From the IMG/VR virus record IMGVR_UViG_3300006217_000241: a DNA stretch of 36,057 bases; one strand, written 5' to 3'. Source of the DNA: a virus. The notes beneath the pieces are model-generated. The model was not told the origin of the DNA, did no database searches, and saw only the letters and a list, made by a program, of their open reading frames with translations. Positions 22,804 to 31,842 of this stretch are shown here, one piece after another (within the stretch, counting starts at the first letter, position 1; every line of letters begins with the position of its first letter). The position numbers and the translations under genes were made by a program.

Positions 22804-25800
22804 ATGACTTGGGAAGAATATAAAAAGAAAAATAAAATAAAACAAAATAATTTTTCTACTGTTCAAAGTCAAAGGCAAATAGCACCGATAAATACTAGAA
22901 GTTCGCAAACGACTTCTAGTTGGGAGGAATATAAAAAGAAAAATAATATAAAACCAAATAGATTGTCTAGTGAGTATCAAGAAAAAAACACGATAGCAGG
23001 ACAAATAAAAAATATAACTAATAGTTTTGGAAATAGTTTAAAGAATGTAATGACATCAGATACAATGAAAACACTTGCAACAAATATACAGAATGAAAAA
23101 GAAAAAGAGCTTAAAGAAAATATTAGTAATCGTATTATAAGTAAGACTAACAATTTACAAAGTACATACAAAATTGAAGATTATAATATTAGAGATAGAA
23201 AAAATGTTATTAATACAAATGTTATCATAGATAAAGAAGGAAATGTTTATGATACCATGAAATTAAGCAGAGAAGAAAGGGAAGAACTTGAAAATTTAGA
23301 GGGTACAAAAAGAGGAGAAGCTGAAATAGATAATGGAGAGTTAATAAGCTTTGTAGATACAACAAAATTGGAAACAGGAGGAATAGAAAAGCTTGAAGAA
23401 AATAATACTAATATGAAAGAATTTGGAAAAAATGCAATAAAAGATTTAGGATTAATATATCCTAGAGTAAAAGCTCCAAATGCTACATATATTATAGAGC
23501 AGTATGCAAAAGGGACTACCGATGCAGCAAGAGCAATGGAAATTTGGGGAAGAAGTCATCTGGGAGCTATACAAGAAGAGTTAGGATTTGACGATGCAAA
23601 AGAAAAACAGAGAGAAGCAATACTTAAATTAAATAGTGAGATCCAAACTCCTGTAAAGAAATCAGATAGAGTAAATAAAGTAGGAGAAATCGGTGGACAA
23701 GTATTTAATACGATAGGAAATATGATGCCTTCAATGATATCAAGTGTGTTACCAATACCAGGAGCGGGAATAATATCTACAGCCTCTATGGGGGCAAATG
23801 TATCAGGACAAGATATAGGAGAAGGGATTGCAGAAGGAGAAAGTTTTGCTCAAGCTAATTTAGGGGGAGATTTGAAAGGTGCAACTTCTATGGCATTAGA
23901 GAAAATTGCAGGTGGTGTAAAAATTGGTACAAAACAGGGTAAAGGGGCATTAGATGATATTGTAGGAAATGCTATTGCTAAAAGAACTTCTAATAATATT
24001 ACTAATTTTTTAGCTACAAAGGGCTATCAATTTACAGGAGAAATTGTGGAAGAAAATTTAGAAAATGTTGCAGGTTATCTTATTGATGCATTAGTAGATA
24101 AAAAAGAATTGCCAGATATAAAAACAGTTCTTCAAGAAGCAGGAGAAACAACTAGCTCTACATTTTTAACTACTTTAACTTTAAATTGTCTTGGTTTTGG
24201 TGGAGATAATTTAAGTACATATAAAGAGTTAGAAAAAGCGACGGGAAAGAAATTAACAAAAAATCAAAAGAAAGCAATAGATGAAGTAGTAGAGAAAGCT
24301 AGAAATCAAATTATGGAAAGCAACACGCAAAATGTGCAAAAAAACGGGAATAATTTGCAACAACAACAAACTATATTAGATAGTAATAAAATGGCTCAAA
24401 ACCAAAATATGGAGCAAATAACAAATAATAATGGATTAATTTATTATGAAAGTGCTAAGAGATACAATATAGATACGAATAATGAATTAGTACAGAGTAT
24501 AGAAAGAGTAACAAGTGAGAGAGGAATAAAGGCTAAATATGATGCAAATATTTTTACAGATGATACACAAGGTGCTATTTGGAGAATTAGTAACGATGAA
24601 AATGGTAATATAGTAAGGGAAGTGATTATAAATCCGAATGCAAATACTAAGAAAAGTTTAGAAAGTATAGCTATACATGAATTAATACATGATTTAGAGG
24701 GAACGGAAGAATATAATAAATTAAAAGAATTAGTCTTAAGCTATGATAAAGGAAAGGTAGGATTTGAAGAGTCAAGGCAGGCTTTAGAAAAGTTATATTC
24801 TACAGTATATGATAAGAATAGTGTAGAATTTAATGAATTAATAAATAATGAAGCAGTGGCAGATATATTAGGAAGTAAATTAGGAGATCAAAATTTTATT
24901 TATAGTCTTAATAGCCAAAATAAAACTTTAACTCAAAGGATATATTCTTGGGTTGTAGACAAATTAAATAGAATTAATAAATTAACAGGATATAAAAGTG
25001 AAAAATTGTTTTGGGCAGATATAAAGAATAAATTTGAAAGTGCATTTAAGCAGGAGTATCAATATAACAATAATAATGAACTATATTCAATAGCAGGAAA
25101 AACAGGAATGAATAACTTAATAAAAAATAATCCTAAAAAATATATGGAATTAGAGCAATCACATAATAAAGCTAAGCAACTACGAAAAAATGGTGTAGAT
25201 AATGAAACTATAAGACAGCAAACAAGATGGTTTCAAGATAAAAATGGAGACTGGAAGTTTGAATTTTCTGATAAGGATATGGAGTTAAAAAGTAATATTA
25301 AATTAGAAAATAGAAAAACTTATAAACTAGGAGATATATTAGAACATGATACTTTATTTATGGCATATCCAGAATTAGTAGATTATGATGTAATTATAGA
25401 TAATACTCTAAAAGCTAATGGGGCATTTGCACATAGTATAAATACTATCAAGTTGAATTCAAAGATAATAAATAATCCAGAGCTACTAGAAGGAACTTTA
25501 ATACATGAGATACAGCACACAATACAAAATATAGAAGGATTTGAACGAGGTAAAAGTCATAAAGGAAGCAAATATGCATATTATAATAGCTTAGGAGAAA
25601 TAGAGTCTAGTGATATAAAAGAAAGATTTTTAGCTGAAAAATATGATGATAAAGATTTGAAAAACATTGCACCTGAAAGTTCAAAGAAAAATCCAAGGCA
25701 TAAAAATTTAAGTAATTATTTAAACAATAGAACTATTGTTGACAAAGTAAAAGATAGTATATATAATTATTTAAAGATAAAGATGAAAGGAGATAACTAT

Positions 25801-28800
25801 TTTGAATCTTATGAAAAGAATAGGAAAGCAGTTGCTTCAAATAAAAATAATCCGAAAAATAGTGGGAGCTATAGAGTTATGGTGGATGGAGGAGGACGCT
25901 TAAATGAGAGTTCTCAAAAATATATGGATAAAAATGTGCAACCTAATAATTTGTTGATGGATGGGAGAAGACGTTTAAATGAGAAAGAATCTGAGAATAA
26001 TTCAGGTTCTTTTTCTATACAAGGAGAAGAGAATATATGGCAAAATAGGTTAGATACATTATATAAGAACAAAAACAAAGGAACTACAATAAAAGAACTA
26101 AGGATACCAACAAAAGAAGATATAAAAAAGGAAATAGCCCCAAAAGCTAAAATAAGTGATAACAAAAAGGAAGTCATTGCACCTATAGTTAAAGATAATT
26201 TTAATATAGACTTATTGACTGATGCAGATTATGAGGTACTTAATAAAATTTATGAAAAAGAAGGAAGAACAGAAGTACTTACAGAGAAGAAGAAAGCAAA
26301 AATACTAGAAAAATATGCTAATGATAAATTTGCTATAAAAGATAGTATTGATATAATGGCACAAAAATTTGTAAATAAGGGGCATTATGTTGATAAATTA
26401 GCAGAACAAAGCAAGAATTTGGAATTAAAATATGTATATGATAAAACATTAAATTCTTTTGCTGAAGGACAGTATGTTATAGGTGTTGCACAAACAGATA
26501 ACAGTGGAAAGAAAATTGGAAAATCGATAACAGAAATATGGCAGCCAATAAAAGAGAGTGGATTAACCAAAGAATTTAGTGAGTATATGTTACATAAACA
26601 CAATATAGATAGAGCAGGTAAAAATAAATATGTATTTGGCAAAGAAATAGGACCTACAGAATCTACTGCAATAGCATTAGAATTAGAAAATAAACATCCA
26701 GAATTTAAGAACTATGCTGAAGATATAAAAAAGTTTAATCATAATTCTTTAAATAGTTTAAAAGAAACAGGAATGATAACGCAAGACACCATAGATTATA
26801 TTGAAGCGTTGTATCCAAATTATGTAGTAATTTCAAGAAGCTATGAAGATGGAATATATGTAGGAAACAATGAGAAAACAGGGGCAATAGCTCCACTAAA
26901 AAAAGCAACAGGAGGAAATTCAGATATACAACCTATTGAAGATGCAATGGCACAACAAGCAATAAGAATCAAAAGATTAAATAATCAAAATGAATTAGGG
27001 AAACAATTAGCAAAAAGTCTTAAAAATGCACAAATAGATGAAGGAGTTGACATATCTTTAGCTCCAACAATGTTAATGGATATGGAAACAATGGTAGATG
27101 CGGATACAAGTGGAAATAAGTATTATATATTTTTTGAAGATGGAAAACAAAAGAAATTAAAAATAAATGATGAATTGTATGAAAGTTTAAAGCCTACAGA
27201 AATTAGCAAATTAGAAAAAACATTACCAGTTAAGGCATTACAAAAAGTTTCAAGTATTCATAGAAATTTATTAACAACTAATAATCCATTATTTATAGTA
27301 ACAAATTTTTTCAAGGATTTTCAAGATGGTATTTTTAATTCAAAATATTCAAAAAAATTCATTAAAAATTATGGCAAAGCTTTAAATGAAATACGTATTA
27401 AAGGAAAATATTATGAATCATATATGGCTAATGGTGGAAATACTAATACTTATTTTGATTATGAAAGTGGTATAAAAAAGAAAGGAAATAAGTTTGTACA
27501 GAAAATAAGAAATGTAAATGAATATGTAGAGCAATTACCAAGATTAGCAGAATTTATCTCAACATTAGAAGATGGTAAAAGTTTGAATGAGGCACTATAT
27601 AATGCGGCAGAAATAACAACTAATTTTAAACGTGGAGGAGATATAACAAAGGCTTTAAATAGAAATGGAGTAAATTTCTTAAATGCATCAGTTCAAGGAC
27701 TTGATAAACAATTTAGAAATTTCAAAGGGCAAAATGGAGCAAAAGGATATGTAAACTTATTGGCAAAAGCTGTTACAATAGGTGTTTTACCATCAATCTT
27801 AAATCATATGTTATTAGATGATGATGATGGCTATCAGGACTTACCACAGAGTACAAAGGACTTGTATTATTTATTTAAATATGATGATGGAAAGTTCATA
27901 AGAATACCGAAAGGAAGAGTTCTAAGTGTTTTCGGTTCAGCTACAAGAAGAACATTAGAAACTGTTGAAGGGCAAGAAGATGCATGGGATGGATTTAAAG
28001 ATACAGTAGTTAATCAAATTGCACCAAATAATCCATTAGAAGATAATATATTAGCTCCTATATATCAAGTAAAAAATAATAAAACTTGGTATGGTGGAGA
28101 ATTAGTATCTAGTAGATTACTAAAAGAGTTGCCTAAAAATCAATATGATGAAACAACGGATGAATTTAGCAAATGGCTTGGATCAAAATTAAATATGAGT
28201 CCTAAAAAGATAAATTATTTAATTGACCAATATAGTGGAGGAATAGGAGACATAGTATTACCATATATAACACCGCAAGCTAAAAAGAACCCAGTGATAG
28301 ATAAATTTACAACAGATAGTGTATTAAAAAATAAAAATGTAAGTAAATTTTATGAAACTTTGGAAAAACAAACACAAATTGCTAATGATAATTTTGCAAC
28401 AGATGAAGATGAATTACAATTAAAATATTTAAATGGAATTTCTAAAGAAATGGGAAGCTTATATAAGGAAAAAAGACAAATACAAATGGGCAAAATTTCA
28501 AATAAAGAGAAAACTGAAAAAGTAAGGGAAATACAAGCTCAAATTAATGAATTAGCAGAAAAAGGATTAAATGAATACAGGAATGTTAAAAAAGGAGAAT
28601 ATTCAGCTAAAACGAGTGGTCAAGAATATTACAAAAATAGTAAAGGGGAATGGACTACTTTATCAGAAGAAGAACAAGAAAAGAATAAAAACGTATCAAT
28701 AGAAACATATTCAAATTATAAACAAAAGGTATATGAAGAAACAGATAAACAAAGAAAATCTGGAGAGCTTTCAGGAAAGCAGCAATTGAAAGATAAAGAT

Positions 28801-29226
28801 AAAATACAGATATTATTAGATTCAAAATATTCTAAAAAAGAAATTACAGAAATTTATGAAAATTATATTAAATCAAATAATGATAAAAACTATGAAATAA
28901 TGAAAAAGACAGGAATTGATATAAAGGAATATTTAAAATATAAACAACAAGATTTTGATTCTGATACAAAAGATAATGGCACAACTAAAGGAAAAACGGT
29001 GAGTGGAAGTGCTAAGAAGAAAGTATATAGCTATGTGAATGGTATGGATATAACATATGAACAAAGATTGATGCTTTTGGGTACACAATATAAGCTGAAT
29101 GATACAGAATGTACAAAATTATATAATTATGTTAAAAGTTTAAATTATACGCAAGATGAAATGCAAAAAGTTTTTGAAAGTTTAAAAGGATTTACAGTAT
29201 ATAAAGATGGGAGAGTTACTTGGTAG
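22804..29226 (+). CDS. Giant polyvalent virion protein (2140 aa) with two zincin-like HExxH motifs
   Basis: The ATG at 22804 follows AAGGGGG. The motifs are HELIH (24676-24690) and HEIQH (25504-25518). The N-terminus has a duplicated WEEYKKKN(K/N)IK motif. No separate tape-measure gene is present. Confidence 0.75.
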   Translation: MTWEEYKKKNKIKQNNFSTVQSQRQIAPINTRSSQTTSSWEEYKKKNNIKPNRLSSEYQEKNTIAGQIKNITNSFGNSLKNVMTSDTMKTLATNIQNEKEKELKENISNRIISKTNNLQSTYKIEDYNIRDRKNVINTNVIIDKEGNVYDTMKLSREEREELENLEGTKRGEAEIDNGELISFVDTTKLETGGIEKLEENNTNMKEFGKNAIKDLGLIYPRVKAPNATYIIEQYAKGTTDAARAMEIWGRSHLGAIQEELGFDDAKEKQREAILKLNSEIQTPVKKSDRVNKVGEIGGQVFNTIGNMMPSMISSVLPIPGAGIISTASMGANVSGQDIGEGIAEGESFAQANLGGDLKGATSMALEKIAGGVKIGTKQGKGALDDIVGNAIAKRTSNNITNFLATKGYQFTGEIVEENLENVAGYLIDALVDKKELPDIKTVLQEAGETTSSTFLTTLTLNCLGFGGDNLSTYKELEKATGKKLTKNQKKAIDEVVEKARNQIMESNTQNVQKNGNNLQQQQTILDSNKMAQNQNMEQITNNNGLIYYESAKRYNIDTNNELVQSIERVTSERGIKAKYDANIFTDDTQGAIWRISNDENGNIVREVIINPNANTKKSLESIAIHELIHDLEGTEEYNKLKELVLSYDKGKVGFEESRQALEKLYSTVYDKNSVEFNELINNEAVADILGSKLGDQNFIYSLNSQNKTLTQRIYSWVVDKLNRINKLTGYKSEKLFWADIKNKFESAFKQEYQYNNNNELYSIAGKTGMNNLIKNNPKKYMELEQSHNKAKQLRKNGVDNETIRQQTRWFQDKNGDWKFEFSDKDMELKSNIKLENRKTYKLGDILEHDTLFMAYPELVDYDVIIDNTLKANGAFAHSINTIKLNSKIINNPELLEGTLIHEIQHTIQNIEGFERGKSHKGSKYAYYNSLGEIESSDIKERFLAEKYDDKDLKNIAPESSKKNPRHKNLSNYLNNRTIVDKVKDSIYNYLKIKMKGDNYFESYEKNRKAVASNKNNPKNSGSYRVMVDGGGRLNESSQKYMDKNVQPNNLLMDGRRRLNEKESENNSGSFSIQGEENIWQNRLDTLYKNKNKGTTIKELRIPTKEDIKKEIAPKAKISDNKKEVIAPIVKDNFNIDLLTDADYEVLNKIYEKEGRTEVLTEKKKAKILEKYANDKFAIKDSIDIMAQKFVNKGHYVDKLAEQSKNLELKYVYDKTLNSFAEGQYVIGVAQTDNSGKKIGKSITEIWQPIKESGLTKEFSEYMLHKHNIDRAGKNKYVFGKEIGPTESTAIALELENKHPEFKNYAEDIKKFNHNSLNSLKETGMITQDTIDYIEALYPNYVVISRSYEDGIYVGNNEKTGAIAPLKKATGGNSDIQPIEDAMAQQAIRIKRLNNQNELGKQLAKSLKNAQIDEGVDISLAPTMLMDMETMVDADTSGNKYYIFFEDGKQKKLKINDELYESLKPTEISKLEKTLPVKALQKVSSIHRNLLTTNNPLFIVTNFFKDFQDGIFNSKYSKKFIKNYGKALNEIRIKGKYYESYMANGGNTNTYFDYESGIKKKGNKFVQKIRNVNEYVEQLPRLAEFISTLEDGKSLNEALYNAAEITTNFKRGGDITKALNRNGVNFLNASVQGLDKQFRNFKGQNGAKGYVNLLAKAVTIGVLPSILNHMLLDDDDGYQDLPQSTKDLYYLFKYDDGKFIRIPKGRVLSVFGSATRRTLETVEGQEDAWDGFKDTVVNQIAPNNPLEDNILAPIYQVKNNKTWYGGELVSSRLLKELPKNQYDETTDEFSKWLGSKLNMSPKKINYLIDQYSGGIGDIVLPYITPQAKKNPVIDKFTTDSVLKNKNVSKFYETLEKQTQIANDNFATDEDELQLKYLNGISKEMGSLYKEKRQIQMGKISNKEKTEKVREIQAQINELAEKGLNEYRNVKKGEYSAKTSGQEYYKNSKGEWTTLSEEEQEKNKNVSIETYSNYKQKVYEETDKQRKSGELSGKQQLKDKDKIQILLDSKYSKKEITEIYENYIKSNNDKNYEIMKKTGIDIKEYLKYKQQDFDSDTKDNGTTKGKTVSGSAKKKVYSYVNGMDITYEQRLMLLGTQYKLNDTECTKLYNYVKSLNYTQDEMQKVFESLKGFTVYKDGRVTW

Positions 29227-29430
29227 CTCTTTCTTTTTTTTGAAAAGAAGGGAGGAGGGAAAACGAATAAGCAAGATTGTAATGCGTCAAGAAATGCACA
29301 AGATATAGAGCGAAAATATGTAAGTTTATTACAACTTAGAAGGAATGTAGAAACAAAACTAAGAGAACTTACAAAAGTAGAAAATGAGTTAAATACATTT
29401 ATAGCAGAAACTATAGGTGATATTGAAAAT

Positions 29431-30747
29431 TTGCAGGAACAAATTGATGGGAAAATTGATACATATTATTATGAAGGTACTCCTACATTAAATAATTTGC
29501 CTGCTAGCAACTGGAAAACTGATGAAGAGAAAGAGAAACATGTAAAAGATTTATATTATGACCAAGCAACAGGATATGCGTATTCTTTTATGAAATTTGA
29601 AACTGATAAAAAGATTGAATATGTGTGGAGCAAAATAGAAAATAAGGATACTGCTGAGGCTTTATCAATAGCAAATGCTGCTAAAGATACTGCTGATAGA
29701 AAACGAAGCATTTTTGTAGAACAACCAAAACCCCCATATCAAAATGGGGATATGTGGATTAAAAATAATGAAATTTATATGTGCCAAATAGCTAAAGAGG
29801 ATGGACAGATATTTGAGGAAGATGATTTTATAAATAGCTTGAAATATACTGATGATACAATAGCAAAGGCTGTAATTGATGAACTAGGTGGTAAAAAAAC
29901 TACTGTATTGAAGGGACAAGTTGTTACAATAACGGAGGGGTTTGCTAAGTATACTGATTTAGCAGATCCTTCAAGTTCTACTACTATTGCAGGGGAGCAT
30001 ATAACGTCAGGAAGTATTACTTCTAATAATTATAAGAAAAATGAAAAGGGAACAAAGATTAATTTAAATGATGGAACTATTGATACAAAGAATTTCAAGG
30101 TAGATGAAAATGGAAATGTTACTTTAGGAGATGGAGCAAAAGTAATTGGTGGTGAAGGTATGATGACTAATTTAAGTTTTGAAAATCTTAAATGGTCTGA
30201 ATTAGGTTATAAAACAGATAATTTTGCAGGGGAGACGAGGTATCAATTTGTGGAATTGCCTATTTATATACCTAGCAATTTTACAATAGTTGAAGCAAAG
30301 CTAACTATTGAACATATCCCTGTACAATGGCAGGGAACGGGAATTAGGATTTGGGGAAATGCTAGAAATATTAAACTATATAAAGATTCAGAAAATTCTA
30401 ATTATTATAAAGAGTATCCGATTTTTGCAACAGAAGATACTTCGGCAGATGATATATATACTAATGAAATTGTTGGAGCTTTTGGTGTGAATGGATTTAC
30501 TAGTAAAATTCCAAATGATTATAGTCATGAAAAAGAAACTATTACTAGTGAAAATATTGCAAGTTCATTGAATAAAGGAAATACTAAATTACAAATAAGA
30601 ACAGGAAATATAGCACCTGCATATGCACCAGATATAGCAGATCCTGACTTAATGTTACCAGCTCAAACTAATGTTTTAAACCAAACGGGAATGGCAAAAG
30701 TTGTAATAAATATTTCAGGATTTATGGCTTATACAAATAATGAATAG
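29431..30747 (+). CDS. Tail fibre / tail-associated protein; the true N-terminus is probably upstream
   Basis: QIDGKIDTYYYEGTPT...W and KDTADRKRSIFVEQPKPPYQNGDMW are motifs recurrent in Firmicute phage fibre proteins. The first canonical start is TTG at 29431 and it has no SD. The frame is open back to 29227. Confidence 0.65.
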   Translation: MQEQIDGKIDTYYYEGTPTLNNLPASNWKTDEEKEKHVKDLYYDQATGYAYSFMKFETDKKIEYVWSKIENKDTAEALSIANAAKDTADRKRSIFVEQPKPPYQNGDMWIKNNEIYMCQIAKEDGQIFEEDDFINSLKYTDDTIAKAVIDELGGKKTTVLKGQVVTITEGFAKYTDLADPSSSTTIAGEHITSGSITSNNYKKNEKGTKINLNDGTIDTKNFKVDENGNVTLGDGAKVIGGEGMMTNLSFENLKWSELGYKTDNFAGETRYQFVELPIYIPSNFTIVEAKLTIEHIPVQWQGTGIRIWGNARNIKLYKDSENSNYYKEYPIFATEDTSADDIYTNEIVGAFGVNGFTSKIPNDYSHEKETITSENIASSLNKGNTKLQIRTGNIAPAYAPDIADPDLMLPAQTNVLNQTGMAKVVINISGFMAYTNNE

Positions 30748-30758
30748 GAGATGATGAG

Positions 30759-31139
30759 ATGATAAAGATAGATTCAGATAAGCGAACTTTGTATATACAT
30801 AGAGGGGATGCTGGAACACTTATTTATTGTGTGAGGATGGCAGATAGTAAGTATATTTTTAAGGTTGGAGATATATTAAGATTTTCTATTTTTGATAAAA
30901 AAAGTGATTATCAGAATCCTTTAAAGGAAATTAAAGTGGAAGTTTTAGAAGAGAGTGATATTGTGAAAATACCTATATCTGCGGAGGATACTAATATAGG
31001 AGAACCTAGTAATAAGATGCAAAAGTATGCTTATGAAATTAGTTTGAATGGAGTTAATACAACATCTGGTTATAATGAAGATGAAGGTCATGCTTTATTA
31101 ATATTATTACCTGCAAAGGGAGGTGATAATATTGAATAA
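30759..31139 (+). CDS. Hypothetical tail-module protein (126 aa)
   Basis: SD AGGAG lies upstream. The call is by position only. Confidence 0.5.
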   Translation: MIKIDSDKRTLYIHRGDAGTLIYCVRMADSKYIFKVGDILRFSIFDKKSDYQNPLKEIKVEVLEESDIVKIPISAEDTNIGEPSNKMQKYAYEISLNGVNTTSGYNEDEGHALLILLPAKGGDNIE

Positions 31140-31140
31140 A

Positions 31141-31842
31141 ATGGATGAGTTTATGGAGCCAGAGGGTGAGCTTAGTACAATACTTTTAGAAGGAGAGACA
31201 GTGGGACTTATAGGACCAAGAGGACCAAAAGGAGAGAAAGGGGATAAAGGAGAGCAAGGAGAACAAGGGATTCAAGGTCCTAAAGGAGATATAGGCGAAC
31301 AAGGTCCACAAGGGATTCAAGGTCCACAAGGGGATAAAGGAGAGCAAGGAGAACAAGGGATTCAAGGTCCCAAAGGGGATAAAGGAGAGCAAGGAATACG
31401 AGGGGGTCAAGGTCCTAAAGGGGATAAAGGAGAGCAAGGAGAACAGGGGATTCAAGGTCCTAAAGGGGATAAAGGAGAGCAAGGAGAACAAGGGATTCAA
31501 GGTCCTAAAGGGGATAAAGGAGAACGAGGTCCACAAGGGGAACCTGGACATGGTGATATGCAAAAAGCAATTTATGATATGGATAATGATGGTGTTGTTG
31601 ATAATGCAAATAAAGTGAATGGACATACGGTAAATGAGGATGTACCAGAAAATGCAAAATTTACAGATACAACATATGAGATTGCAACTGTTTATGAAGA
31701 TGGGTTGCTGAGTAAAGAAGATAAGAAAAAGATAGATGAAAATGTACAAAAGATTATAGAACTTGAAGAAGAAAATAGGTTGTTAGGTGAGCAAATACCG
31801 AGTCGGACAGGCAATTGGGGAATACATACATTTAAAAGATAG
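31141..31842 (+). CDS. Collagen-like (Gly-X-Y) tail fibre stalk; the 0-frame product ends at 31842
   Basis: About 38 uninterrupted GXY triplets are followed by a coiled coil ([17 protein letters not shown]). SD GGAGGTG lies at 31119-31125. The start is TTG 31132 or ATG 31141. Confidence 0.8.
   Translation: MDEFMEPEGELSTILLEGETVGLIGPRGPKGEKGDKGEQGEQGIQGPKGDIGEQGPQGIQGPQGDKGEQGEQGIQGPKGDKGEQGIRGGQGPKGDKGEQGEQGIQGPKGDKGEQGEQGIQGPKGDKGERGPQGEPGHGDMQKAIYDMDNDGVVDNANKVNGHTVNEDVPENAKFTDTTYEIATVYEDGLLSKEDKKKIDENVQKIIELEEENRLLGEQIPSRTGNWGIHTFKR
31204..31554 (+). repeat. Collagen-triplet coding repeats, including a 45-bp unit x4
   Basis: The unit GGGGATAAAGGAGAGCAAGGAGAACA(A/G)GGGATTCAAGGTCC(T/C)AAA occurs at 31240, 31330, 31420 and 31465. 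The last two copies are in tandem. Confidence 0.85.

Noticed and set aside
29224-29226. Genome-wide TAG reassignment (suppressor-type recoding, as in some gut phages)
   Set aside because: TAG ends the integrase, the tyrosine recombinase and other ORFs at sensible positions. No suppressor tRNA gene is visible. Only local read-through at this one site remains a possibility.
30308-30490. 60-aa plus-strand ORF
   Set aside because: It lies entirely inside the 438-aa fibre gene in another frame. It has no SD.
31204-31554. Regular short repeats that might be a CRISPR array
   Set aside because: The repeats are contiguous and in frame, with no unique spacers, and they encode collagen triplets. No cas genes are present.
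31186-31749. 187-aa minus-strand ORF with an internal repeat pattern
   Set aside because: It is the mirror image of the collagen Gly-X-Y repeats on the plus strand. Its periodicity is inherited and it has no translation signals.
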